64,000 nt of DNA from an uncultured Bdellovibrionales bacterium. Its GTDB lineage: Bacteria; Patescibacteriota; Minisyncoccia; Moranbacterales; UBA1568. The stretch covers positions 1,806-65,805 of the forward strand of contig CAYRWQ010000001.1 of the NCBI GenBank assembly GCA_964428075.1. The letters are read 5' to 3'. Numbering within the stretch: position 1 is the first letter of the stretch; each line of letters opens with the position of its first letter. The notes below the pieces were generated by a model, which saw only the letters and a program-made list of their open reading frames with translations, ran no database searches and was not told where the DNA came from. Positions 1 through 9,219 of this stretch are shown here, piece by piece. A program made the position numbers and the translations under genes.

Positions 1-95
1 GGAAACTTGGCAAACTCAGCCAACAAATAAGCCGTTGCATTGGCTGCGCCTCCCCCAAGTGGCGGATATTCATAATTGAGGAAAAGAACCTTCAT
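1..95 (-). CDS. Glycosyltransferase family 4, N-terminal fragment (gene continues upstream of window start)
   Basis: Reverse-complement of 1..95 translates MKVLFLNYEYPPLGGGAANATAYLLAEFAKF, the typical GT4 N-terminal Gly-rich donor-binding start; start codon at 95, runs off the window. Confidence 0.45.
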   Translation of the reverse strand, partial: MKVLFLNYEYPPLGGGAANATAYLLAEFAKF

Positions 96-127
96 ACCTT
101 TCATTCAAAAAACAGAAACAAGTATCC

Positions 128-1435
128 TCAAACACCAATACCATAATACACGAACCCTTCCGCCTCCATTTCTTTGCGCTCAAAGATATTGCGTCCATCC
201 ACAACCACTCGGCCCTGCATCGCTCGTGCTATTTCAGATGCCTCAATTGTGCGCAGTTCATCCCACTCGGTGCACACAATAAGAGCATCCGCCCCTTCGA
301 GGGCTTCCAAGGCTGACTCGGTATACACCATACGCTTATCAGGGAACGCCCTCTTGAAACTTTCGATAGCCACCGGATCAAAAGCGCGCACCTTGGCTCC
401 CGCTTTCAGGAGAGCGGATGCGATATACTGTGCCGGTGCTTCACGCACATCATCGGTACGTGGCTTAAAAGAGAGTCCCCAGAGTGCGATCTTTTTACCT
501 TTGTGTGATTTCCAGTGTTTGGCCAAAAACTCAACTGGGCGCATTTTCTGGCGATCATTCAACTCATCAGCTGCCTCGATAATCGTAAACCGCATCCCAT
601 ACTCTCTGCCAGTCTCCTGAAGAGCCTGAACATCCTTCGGAAAGCATGAACCACCATACCCGATACCCGCATAGAGAAAACGTGAGCCGATTCGAGTATC
701 TAAACCCATACCCTTAGCCACCTCTTTGACATTTGCACCCGCTTTTTCGCAAAAATTTGCAATCTCATTAATAAAACTGATTTTAGTCGCCAAAAAAGCG
801 TTAGAGGCATATTTGATGAGTTCAGCCGAACGGATATCGGTCAACACCACTGGCCGACCGTTCCGAGCAATCGGACGATAGATTTTTTCCATCAACTTCC
901 TCGCCTCATCTGAATTCACTCCGACCACGACCCGATCCGGATTCAAAAAATCCTTGATAGCGGCTCCCTCGCGCAAAAACTCTGGATTAGAGACCACATC
1001 AAATTTCCCTTTTTCGCCACTCGCATGCAAAATAATATCACGCGTTTTATCAGCAGTTCCGACTGGTACCGTCGACTTATTGACAAGTACTTTATACCCG
1101 TTCAAATTTTCCCCGAAAGTTTTTGCGACTGAAAAAACATACTGGAGATCGGCCTGACCGGTTTTCGGATTCTCCGGTGTCCCCACCGCGTTAAAAACGA
1201 CCTCCGCACCCCGAATCGCTTTACCGATATCAGTCGTAAACGAAATGCGCTTCTCCGTGACATTCTTCGCCACCAACTCTTCGAGACCGAGTTCATAAAT
1301 CGGCATCACCCCTCGCTTCAACTTTTTAATCTTCTCCGCATCGACATCGGCACACACCACCGTATGTCCCAACTCTGCCATACACACTCCAGAAACCAAC
1401 CCCACATACCCCGTACCGACAAAAGCCAATTTCAT
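128..1435 (-). CDS. ugd: UDP-glucose 6-dehydrogenase
   Basis: MKLAFVGTGYVGLVSG Rossmann start, GGSCFPKD catalytic Cys motif, full UDP-glucose/GDP-mannose dehydrogenase architecture, 435 aa. Confidence 0.9.
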   Translation of the reverse strand: MKLAFVGTGYVGLVSGVCMAELGHTVVCADVDAEKIKKLKRGVMPIYELGLEELVAKNVTEKRISFTTDIGKAIRGAEVVFNAVGTPENPKTGQADLQYVFSVAKTFGENLNGYKVLVNKSTVPVGTADKTRDIILHASGEKGKFDVVSNPEFLREGAAIKDFLNPDRVVVGVNSDEARKLMEKIYRPIARNGRPVVLTDIRSAELIKYASNAFLATKISFINEIANFCEKAGANVKEVAKGMGLDTRIGSRFLYAGIGYGGSCFPKDVQALQETGREYGMRFTIIEAADELNDRQKMRPVEFLAKHWKSHKGKKIALWGLSFKPRTDDVREAPAQYIASALLKAGAKVRAFDPVAIESFKRAFPDKRMVYTESALEALEGADALIVCTEWDELRTIEASEIARAMQGRVVVDGRNIFERKEMEAEGFVYYGIGV

Positions 1436-1463
1436 ACGCTTGCTCCCTAAACTAAATATTACA

Positions 1464-2408
1464 TTACCGGATTATCACCTCTTTGATATTATAATTCATA
1501 CGATTACGCGCCTGATAGTAATTCCGTACCGTAATATCCGCCAAAAGTCCAGAAATGAAAAGTTGTACACCGATAAGTACGAAAAAAATACCAACCAGTG
1601 GCCAGATACGATCTGCTAATGAGGCTTCAAATAAGACTTTTTCGATAAGCATCCACACCAGGATACCCCCACCAAATCCAGCCAGGGTCACCCCTACTCC
1701 ACCGAAAAGATGTAGTGGGCGATGCGAATATTTCCTCCAAAACCAGATGGAAAGCATATCAACAAATCCCTTCATTCCACGCTTCCAGTTGTATTTTGTC
1801 GTGCCGTGAACACGCGGGTGATGACTCACCTTTGCTTCAGCAACCCGGAAACCCTCAAGTTGTAACAACGCGGGGATGAAACGATGCATCTCACCGAAAA
1901 GATCGACATCTTTGAAACATTCGGCTCGGTATGCTTTCAGGCTACAACCGGAATCATGTATATTATCGTGGATAAGCAGGTGGCGAAGGAAGTTGGCAAT
2001 ACGCGATGGAATTTTCTTGCTCCAAGGATCCTGACGTTTATGACGCCACCCAGAAACGACATCGAATCCTTCATCAATTTTAGCGAGCAACAGAGGAATA
2101 TCCGCAGGGTCATTCTGCAAATCGCCATCAAGCGTGACAATAATCTCTCCACGTGCCGCCTTGATTCCCGCGTCAAACGCCGCGGTCTGCCCAAAGTTTT
2201 TCCGAAAGACAATCAATTTCACGGGATGACAGAGTGCCGCTACCTTCTGCGTCTGATCCTTGGATCCATCATCAATGAAGATGATTTCAAATGGTTTGCC
2301 TAACGCAGAAAGTGTCGAATGGATTTTCCGATGCAATGTTTCAACATTTCCATCCTCATTATATAGAGGCACCACTACGGACAAATACGGCCGGTCACTC
2401 ATACTCAT
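1464..2408 (-). CDS. GT2 polyprenyl-phosphate glycosyltransferase (GtrB/ArnC/DPM1-like) with C-terminal TM helices
   Basis: LSVVVPLYNE...IIFIDDGSKDQT, DGDLQND DXD motif, two C-terminal hydrophobic helices as in GtrB/ArnC. Confidence 0.8.
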   Translation of the reverse strand: MSMSDRPYLSVVVPLYNEDGNVETLHRKIHSTLSALGKPFEIIFIDDGSKDQTQKVAALCHPVKLIVFRKNFGQTAAFDAGIKAARGEIIVTLDGDLQNDPADIPLLLAKIDEGFDVVSGWRHKRQDPWSKKIPSRIANFLRHLLIHDNIHDSGCSLKAYRAECFKDVDLFGEMHRFIPALLQLEGFRVAEAKVSHHPRVHGTTKYNWKRGMKGFVDMLSIWFWRKYSHRPLHLFGGVGVTLAGFGGGILVWMLIEKVLFEASLADRIWPLVGIFFVLIGVQLFISGLLADITVRNYYQARNRMNYNIKEVIIR

Positions 2409-2469
2409 AACGTATACGCATTAAGCTTTTCCGCAGTATAACGAGTTATCTGACCATACGCAACCAAAC

Positions 2470-4833
2470 GTGCCAGATATAGTTCTTCCGAATCCCGCAG
2501 AAACGAGTATACTAGAGACACAATCCGCAGACCCGATTATTACCATCATTATGCTCTCTAGCGTCTTTTTTTCCGACAAATTTGCCAGTCAGGAGAATCG
2601 CCTCCTCTCCATTTTTGGGATATTGTTCGCCATAAACACGCTCTTGTTCATCTCTCTGCAAACAAGTTCACTGACACTGCTTCGCCTCACCGCTCACAAT
2701 ACACCATTTTATGCCGGTTTCGTCTTTCTCGGTATCGGAATCTGTGGCACTCTATCCTACTACAATCGACCGACCGCCTGGCGATCCATCCTTCGTAAAC
2801 TCCTCCTCACCACTTTCCCCGCCTGGTTTTTTCTTACCTACGGCCTGATCGAATCCAAAAATTTTCACGTGTCTTTCCAGATAGCACACAGCGCTTACAT
2901 CATGCTGGTCGGTCTCTTGCTTGTCATGGTTGCATACGTCCATCAACAAACTCCTACCCGGCAGGTTCCGTTTGGTTTTCGCGACTGGTGTCGGAACCAG
3001 GGAGGACTCGTACTCCTGATTGTATTTATCAGCACACTTATCTTCTTTAGTTTCGCCCTCATCCGCCTCACCCGCTTCGCCGCGGTAGATGAGCCGCTCT
3101 GGTACAATGGCCGTATCGGAAAATACTGGCACAAAATAGAATCCCTTGACTGGAGACGTACGAATATTAGCGATAAACCAGGGATCACCGTAGCCTGGGC
3201 GACCGGTCCGGGTCTGTGGTTTAAAACACCCAAAGAATACAAAACCATCAAGTACGAAGGCGAGGCCTACAATGCGAACTCGGAGAGCATTGAAAGTTTT
3301 TACCTTGCCTTCCGCCTACCACAGCTTCTCGTTATCACGTTCTTTCTTCCATTCTTCTACTTTTTTCTCGAAAGACTATTCGGACGGAACACTGCTCTTT
3401 TTTCATATGCCTTTCTCGCGACCTCACCGATACTCATCGGTATGTCAAAAATCATTAATCCCGATTCACTCCTCTGGATTTTTACCCCGCTATCCGCCCT
3501 TGCTTATCTCCTCTTCCTCAAAGAACGCTCGTTTCGATACCTCATCTATTCTGGTATCTTTCTTGGTCTCGCTCTCCTCACCAAGTATGTCGCTAATATC
3601 CTGTTCATCTATTTCATCGGGCTCATCTTCCTCGAATACCTGTATCACCGACCGGAACAAAAGACATTTGGTCCGTTTCTCAAACGCTCCTTTGTCGAAC
3701 TCGGTATCCTGACCTATGCTGCCCTCGCTACCTTCTACATTTTCTTCCCGGCCGTCTGGATCAAACCAGAGAAACTCATTACGTCGACGCTCTACAGCCA
3801 AGCCTTTGAGAAAATCGCGCCACTTTTTCTTATCCTGCTTGCCTTCATCCTGCTCGATCAACTCGTCAATCGTTCTCGCATTGTGAACTCAACTGTTGCT
3901 TTATTTTACTCCATCAGACGCCCTCTGGTCATCGGTATCGGATCATTCTTTCTGGTCAGCCTACTCGCCGTTTTGTTTGTTTCCTGGAATGGGATGTTCC
4001 CTTATAACTTTTTCGAACTCCTAGCATCACCCAAAACCATCAGTGGTCAAAGTGATTTTATCGGTATATTCCTGACTAATTTCTACCCTCTCATTTTCAG
4101 TATCTCCCCGTTTGTCCTTTTGCTCCTGATTTTTGCTCCGCTCGCACTCCTCAAACATGCCTTTCTCGAAAGCAACGATGGACGAATTACACTCTACTTC
4201 ATTATCTTGATTCTCCTGTATTATCTTGGCGCGACCATCAATGGTGTTGCGATGATTGTCCGTTACCAAATAATCCTCTTCCCAATCGTTGCTTTCCTGG
4301 CGGGGATCAGCCTCAGCTGGATCCTCAAAATTCTCGGACAATACCTAAAACCGCTGAAATATGTCTCACCCCTCGTTATAGTAATCGGTATTCTTGCCAT
4401 GGGTATAGGAACCCTAGCCGTCACACCTTTCCCGCTCTCGTACGCCTCATCACTCCTACCTCATGACTATCACACCAATGTCAAAGACATGGGCTCAGGA
4501 AGTTATGAAGCCGCTCAATACCTCAATACCATCCCTAACGCCGAAAAACTGCTCATCTGGACCGACAAGGACGGCGTGTGCAAATTTTTTGTTGGCCGTT
4601 GCAAACGAGGGCGAAACTATGATGCACTCCGTCGCGACGGACTTGACTATATCGTCGTTTCTTCGGACAGAAAGAACCGAACAGCCAAAATGATGGTCTC
4701 GGAAATCTTCAATCAAAAACCGGACTTGATTCGCTTCGACCAATATTACACAAAATCAAATCCAATCTTTGAGCTCCTTATCAACGGACGTCCGTCACAG
4801 TATGTCCGAGTTTACCAGTTTGGCCAAGAATGA
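2470..4833 (+). CDS. GT-C fold glycosyltransferase, ArnT/PMT (GT39/GT83)-like, about 12 TM plus C-terminal soluble domain
   Basis: 787 aa polytopic protein; first extracytoplasmic loop carries AAVDEPLWYNG (the DE/DEP motif of PMT/ArnT-type GT-C enzymes); divergently adjacent to a GtrB-like GT2. Confidence 0.6.
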   Translation: MPDIVLPNPAETSILETQSADPIITIIMLSSVFFSDKFASQENRLLSIFGILFAINTLLFISLQTSSLTLLRLTAHNTPFYAGFVFLGIGICGTLSYYNRPTAWRSILRKLLLTTFPAWFFLTYGLIESKNFHVSFQIAHSAYIMLVGLLLVMVAYVHQQTPTRQVPFGFRDWCRNQGGLVLLIVFISTLIFFSFALIRLTRFAAVDEPLWYNGRIGKYWHKIESLDWRRTNISDKPGITVAWATGPGLWFKTPKEYKTIKYEGEAYNANSESIESFYLAFRLPQLLVITFFLPFFYFFLERLFGRNTALFSYAFLATSPILIGMSKIINPDSLLWIFTPLSALAYLLFLKERSFRYLIYSGIFLGLALLTKYVANILFIYFIGLIFLEYLYHRPEQKTFGPFLKRSFVELGILTYAALATFYIFFPAVWIKPEKLITSTLYSQAFEKIAPLFLILLAFILLDQLVNRSRIVNSTVALFYSIRRPLVIGIGSFFLVSLLAVLFVSWNGMFPYNFFELLASPKTISGQSDFIGIFLTNFYPLIFSISPFVLLLLIFAPLALLKHAFLESNDGRITLYFIILILLYYLGATINGVAMIVRYQIILFPIVAFLAGISLSWILKILGQYLKPLKYVSPLVIVIGILAMGIGTLAVTPFPLSYASSLLPHDYHTNVKDMGSGSYEAAQYLNTIPNAEKLLIWTDKDGVCKFFVGRCKRGRNYDALRRDGLDYIVVSSDRKNRTAKMMVSEIFNQKPDLIRFDQYYTKSNPIFELLINGRPSQYVRVYQFGQE

Positions 4834-4848
4834 AATCTACTCACTCCA

Positions 4849-5802
4849 TCAAAGCTCCGTATTGCGATGCGTTTTAAAATAATGTGGCAATGCGATGAAC
4901 GAAATAATCATCTGGAGAAAACGAGAAAGAAGCGCCACAGTCACCGAAACTTCAGCGCTCACCCCGACCAGAGTAAAAAAAGTAACATATGCCCATTCCT
5001 TCACACCAATATTATTGATGGAAATAGGTATCGACGAAACAATCGTGACGAGAAAAATGACACTCAGAAACACTGGGAGATCCAGTGTACTGTTGATCGC
5101 ATGAAAGAGCATCCAGTTCGACAACCCGACCCCCACCAAGGCAAACAAGATTGAATACAGACTCCCGGATATCCAAATTCCTTTTCTTGTAAAACCAATA
5201 ACCTCTTCCAAAACGCGCCGTAATCGGGAGGGTAGCCAGAGGAGTATGCGGTGCAACCAAGGCCGAAAATAGGCGTAGGTCACGAAAAGATCCCCTAACA
5301 GAAAAACGGTCAATCCGAGCAATGTCACGCGAAACGCTATACTTGAAGCAAAAAAATGCCACAATGGTATCGAGCAAAACAAGGCCAGAAGTGCCGTAGT
5401 CCAGAGTCCAATGAAACGATCAAACACAACAGTCGAAAGTGACGCCGCTTTTGCTTCCGTTTTTCGTGCCAACCACAGCCCGCGATATGCATCGCCACCC
5501 AATGTGGAAGGAAGGAAGTTATTAATAAATGCTCCTGTCAAATACGCGAAGAAACCCTCCTGAACCGTGAAAATCAACCGTTGATGCTTATACTTATACG
5601 AGGCAATCATCTGCCATTTCTTCGCAGAGATGAGCAGAGCAATCAGTTGCAATACCACATAGCCCAGGAGCCAAAATAGGGAAATATCCCGCAGCTGCAC
5701 AAACACGACTGACCACTGTACTTTCTCCACCAACCATAAAATCAGTCCGGTAGCAATACCGAACTTCAGGAGGACGATCATCCATGTTTTTCTCTGTAGC
5801 AT
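4849..5802 (-). CDS. UPF0104 / LPG-synthase-TM-like (flippase-like) integral membrane protein
   Basis: about 8 TM helices, GGDAYRGLWLAR-type conserved motif of the lysylphosphatidylglycerol synthase TM region family; start placed at MLQRKTW (5802); the ORF extends to 5964 but the extension is Cys-rich, has no family support and overlaps an inverted repeat. Confidence 0.5.
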   Translation of the reverse strand: MLQRKTWMIVLLKFGIATGLILWLVEKVQWSVVFVQLRDISLFWLLGYVVLQLIALLISAKKWQMIASYKYKHQRLIFTVQEGFFAYLTGAFINNFLPSTLGGDAYRGLWLARKTEAKAASLSTVVFDRFIGLWTTALLALFCSIPLWHFFASSIAFRVTLLGLTVFLLGDLFVTYAYFRPWLHRILLWLPSRLRRVLEEVIGFTRKGIWISGSLYSILFALVGVGLSNWMLFHAINSTLDLPVFLSVIFLVTIVSSIPISINNIGVKEWAYVTFFTLVGVSAEVSVTVALLSRFLQMIISFIALPHYFKTHRNTEL

Positions 5803-5852
5803 ACACAAACGTAAGTGTTTACAGTATACCTTTTCGAATGTACCCCCACAAT

Positions 5853-5882
5853 CGCCACACTCTCCACTCAAGATGAGTGTGG
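5853..5882. promoter_or_regulatory. Perfect 9-bp inverted repeat (gccacactc N12 gagtgtggc) in divergent intergenic region
   Basis: Read directly; lies between divergent starts at 5802 (-) and 6088 (+); candidate operator or structured RNA element. Confidence 0.25.
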
Positions 5883-6087
5883 CAGGACACGCTGCCAAGA
5901 ACCCACTTTGGCATCCCCGACTCATCGGATCACACGACACCCCATCCATGCCATATTGGCTCAAACGACTTCGTGTAAAGAAAGCAGACTGATACTGAGA
6001 AACCTATAATAAGCCAATTTTCATCAGAAAAACACTCAGTCTATAATACTATGATAGAAGGCAAGAGGAACGCACGAACTATCTTTT

Positions 6088-6921
6088 ATGACTCTTCAAA
6101 AACAAGTATACTCAACAAAGCATACTGGTAATACAATACCTATCAAAACACCTATGTATCCCGAAATATCTCTGGTGATTCCTTGTTACAAAGAAGCGAC
6201 CGTGATCGACAAGAATCTGCGTATCATCGTCCAATTCCTCACACCACGATTTACTCGCTTTGAAATCCTTATAGTCGCCGACGGAAGCCCGGACGCAACT
6301 GTCGCGAACGTGCAGGCATTCCAAAAAAAATATCCGGAGATTCCCATTACCCTTCTCTCCTTCAAAAAAAATCGAGGAAAAGGCGCCGCTGTACGTGCCG
6401 GCATTCTCCAAAGTCATTATGATCCAGTTCTGTTCCTAGATGCAGACCTCACTATTTCCATCCAAGAACTCGAAAAATTCATGCTAGCGCTCGAGAACAC
6501 GGACATCATTATCGCCTCACGCCTCTTATCTGGTTCACACTTTGAAGAACCGGTTCCTTGGTATCGCATATTGATGGCGCGAAGTTTTCATGTGTTCCAA
6601 ATCTTCATACTCGGCAACTTCGAATTCCCGGATACGCAATGCGGGTTCAAACTCTTCCGCCGTTCCACAGCCATGGAGCTCTTTGGGCAATCAACTATTG
6701 ATCGTTTCGCTTTTGATGCTGAAATCCTATTCCTAGCCAGACGATACAATTATAAAATCACGACTTTGCCCGTCATCATCCAACAAGACTTGCGCAATAC
6801 CAATGTTCGCATTTTTTTCGATTCTCTCAATATGATTTTCGCGCTCCTGAAAATCCGCTGGAATGACCTGACAGGAGGATACCGTATACCCGTCTCCCGC
6901 TCACACCGACCCCTCCTATGA
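6088..6921 (+). CDS. GT2 glycosyltransferase (DPM1/dolichyl-phosphate glucosyltransferase-like, soluble)
   Basis: ISLVIPCYKE...ILIVADGSPDAT, LFLDADL DXD motif. Confidence 0.75.
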   Translation: MTLQKQVYSTKHTGNTIPIKTPMYPEISLVIPCYKEATVIDKNLRIIVQFLTPRFTRFEILIVADGSPDATVANVQAFQKKYPEIPITLLSFKKNRGKGAAVRAGILQSHYDPVLFLDADLTISIQELEKFMLALENTDIIIASRLLSGSHFEEPVPWYRILMARSFHVFQIFILGNFEFPDTQCGFKLFRRSTAMELFGQSTIDRFAFDAEILFLARRYNYKITTLPVIIQQDLRNTNVRIFFDSLNMIFALLKIRWNDLTGGYRIPVSRSHRPLL

Positions 6922-7610
6922 TTCCCGATACCAAACACAATATCTGGATCGTTGTTCCGGCCTATAATGAAGCAGAGGTGATCACGGGAGTCATCCGTGA
7001 AATTCGTTCGGCTGGATACCAAAACATCCTCGTCGTAGATGACGGCTCCCGTGACGCGACGCAACTTATCGCCAGAAACAATGGTGTGATCGCACTCAGA
7101 CACCGCATCAACCGCGGTAAAGGAGCTGCCACCAAAACCGGAATTGAAGCTGCTAAATTGTTCGGTGCGGACATCATCGTCACCCTCGACGGTGACGGCC
7201 AACACGATCCACGCGATATCAAACTCCTCATCAAACCCATCATCAACAATCACTGCGATGTCGCTCTCGGATCACGACTTATGCGTCCAGAAGGCATGCC
7301 GTGGTACAAAATCCTGCACAACAAAATCGGGAATGTGCTGGTGTGGTACTTCTATGGTCTTTATGTCACTGATAGCCAATCGGGCTTCCGTGCTTACTCG
7401 CGCCACGCGGCCGAAACGATCAATACCAGAACAGACCGTTACGAATACGACAGCGAGGTAATTCGTGAAATATACCTCTATAGGTTACAATATCAAGAAA
7501 TACCGATTCGGGTCCGCTACACCGATTATTCGATGGGTAAACTCCACAAACAAAACCTCATAAACGGCATCAAAACCTTCTATCGGATGATTTGGAATCT
7601 CCTTACCTAA
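6918..7610 (+). CDS. GT2 glycosyltransferase (DPM1-like)
   Basis: IWIVVPAYNEAEVI...ILVVDDGSRDAT...TLDGDGQHDP; 4-bp overlap with upstream gene. Confidence 0.8.
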   Translation: MIPDTKHNIWIVVPAYNEAEVITGVIREIRSAGYQNILVVDDGSRDATQLIARNNGVIALRHRINRGKGAATKTGIEAAKLFGADIIVTLDGDGQHDPRDIKLLIKPIINNHCDVALGSRLMRPEGMPWYKILHNKIGNVLVWYFYGLYVTDSQSGFRAYSRHAAETINTRTDRYEYDSEVIREIYLYRLQYQEIPIRVRYTDYSMGKLHKQNLINGIKTFYRMIWNLLT

Positions 7611-7630
7611 AACGTTTCACATGTCTGCTT

Positions 7631-7984
7631 ATGCATTTCGCGCTCTACCAAATCATTATCGCCATGATTGCGCTCTTCATGATCTATCAGGGCGTAAAAA
7701 ACTATCTCCGTGGTGGTACAGGGAATACTCCCCTCAAACTTGCGGTGCGTATCACCGTCTGGGGTAGCATGGCCACCATCGTCCTGTTCCCTAATCTGTC
7801 CAATAGCGTCGCCACACTCATCGGTATCGGAAGCAATATGAATGCCGTTATCCTCATCGGCTTTCTTCTAGTTTTCCTCATGATCTTCAAGCTTCTCTCC
7901 GCCATCGAACGTCTTGAACAACAACTCACCAGTGTTACTCGCGAAAAAGCATTGCAGGACAATGGAATAATACCACCCCAGTAA
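7631..7984 (+). CDS. Small membrane protein, DUF2304-like (GT2-associated)
   Basis: about 118 aa, 3-4 TM helices followed by coiled-coil tail LLSAIERLEQQLTSVTREK; sits directly downstream of a DPM1-like GT2 as DUF2304 genes usually do; start chosen at MHFALYQ after the upstream stop. Confidence 0.45.
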   Translation: MHFALYQIIIAMIALFMIYQGVKNYLRGGTGNTPLKLAVRITVWGSMATIVLFPNLSNSVATLIGIGSNMNAVILIGFLLVFLMIFKLLSAIERLEQQLTSVTREKALQDNGIIPPQ

Positions 7985-8003
7985 CCCCTCCGAAAAAATA
8001 CTC

Positions 8004-9176
8004 ATGAAGATTCTCGTGTTCTCCCCCTATTATCCGCCACATATCGGAGGGCTGGAAAGTCATAGCGAAGAATTCAACCAACATATCGCCCAAGCAGATA
8101 TCCACGTTACTGTCTTCACTCCGCGTCTTCCAATAGATGCACCGGAAACGGAAACTCAAGGTCATGTACGGATTATCCGCTTTCCCGCTTTTGAGATTAT
8201 CCCAAACTATCCACTCCCACAGTACTGGCCCTTCTACTGGACCAGTAAATTTTGGCGTGTTTTTCGTGATCTCCGAAAAGAAGAATCGGATATAGTCATT
8301 TCTCGTACTCGTTTCTTCTCGACCTCACTCTTGGCTCTTGCCTACGCCAAGCTTCACAGAATCCCATTCGTCCATATTGAACATGGATCGGACTACGCCG
8401 CATTCAACAACCCGTTCAAGACACTCATAGGAAAATGTTACGACCGAACTTTTGGATGGCTCGTGCTTCGCGGCGCAGATCATGTCATTGCGAATTCGCA
8501 CGCATCCGCCCTCTTCGTCCAAAAACTTTCGGGACGTGAAGCAACTCTCATTCACCGGGGTATCGAAACCGAAAATATCCTGGCTATAGAGCCGGATGAG
8601 TCTATTATCAAAGCAAAAAATGGACGCGTAGCTTGCGCGTATATCGGCCGCCTTATCGATGGAAAAGGGGTCGCCGATCTCCTCTCGGCCATTGCCCGGC
8701 TCGACCGTAACGATTTCATCTGCTATATAGTCGGCGACGGATCCGAACGAGCGCGCCTTGAGACAATGTCCAAACAGTTGCGACTCGAGGAGAAGGTCAT
8801 TTTTATCGGCCACAAGAAACGTCCGGAGGCCATAGCTATCATGAAGGCTTGTGACATCATCATAAACCCGAGCTATAATGAAGGACTGCCGACCTCAGTC
8901 ACCGAAGCCGCACTCGCAAGCAAAGCGATCATCGCGACCGATGTCGGTGGCACCAGAGAAATTATCAGTGGCACTCACGATGGATTTCTCATTCCCTGCA
9001 AAAATCATCAGATCCTATCAGACAAAATGGACTATCTCATCGAACATCCTGAAATACGCACGCAATTCGGGGAAAATGCACAGCAAGAAGTATTGGAAAA
9101 ATTCTCTTGGAACCGCGCTATCGCACAATATCTGAGCATCTTTCGCGTACTCCTTGAGACTGAAAGGAAAAAATAG
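8004..9176 (+). CDS. GT4 glycosyltransferase
   Basis: MKILVFSPYYPPHIGGLESH start, C-terminal NPSYNEGLPTSVTEA...E motif (EX7E-type); paralog of 16791..17939. Confidence 0.85.
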   Translation: MKILVFSPYYPPHIGGLESHSEEFNQHIAQADIHVTVFTPRLPIDAPETETQGHVRIIRFPAFEIIPNYPLPQYWPFYWTSKFWRVFRDLRKEESDIVISRTRFFSTSLLALAYAKLHRIPFVHIEHGSDYAAFNNPFKTLIGKCYDRTFGWLVLRGADHVIANSHASALFVQKLSGREATLIHRGIETENILAIEPDESIIKAKNGRVACAYIGRLIDGKGVADLLSAIARLDRNDFICYIVGDGSERARLETMSKQLRLEEKVIFIGHKKRPEAIAIMKACDIIINPSYNEGLPTSVTEAALASKAIIATDVGGTREIISGTHDGFLIPCKNHQILSDKMDYLIEHPEIRTQFGENAQQEVLEKFSWNRAIAQYLSIFRVLLETERKK

Positions 9177-9219
9177 TGCATCACTCGTGACAAATGTATT
9201 GGTTATATCATGAACGTAT

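Noticed and set aside
174..620. 148-aa plus-strand ORF and many similar 60 to 140 aa ORFs inside larger genes (for example 2752..3132, 3490..3861, 8325..8813, 21691..22318)
   Set aside because: All lie antisense to or out of frame within strongly supported enzyme genes and have low-complexity, Arg/Ser/Pro-rich translations. Shadow ORFs.
5803..5964. Cys-rich 54-aa N-terminal extension (8 Cys, CDPMSRGCQ...GECGDCGG...) of the flippase-like ORF, which could be a fused zinc ribbon
   Set aside because: Upstream of a good internal start (MLQRKTWMIVLL) that begins the first TM helix. The region contains a perfect 9-bp palindrome typical of non-coding DNA, and no known UPF0104 protein carries such an extension. 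Treated as intergenic.
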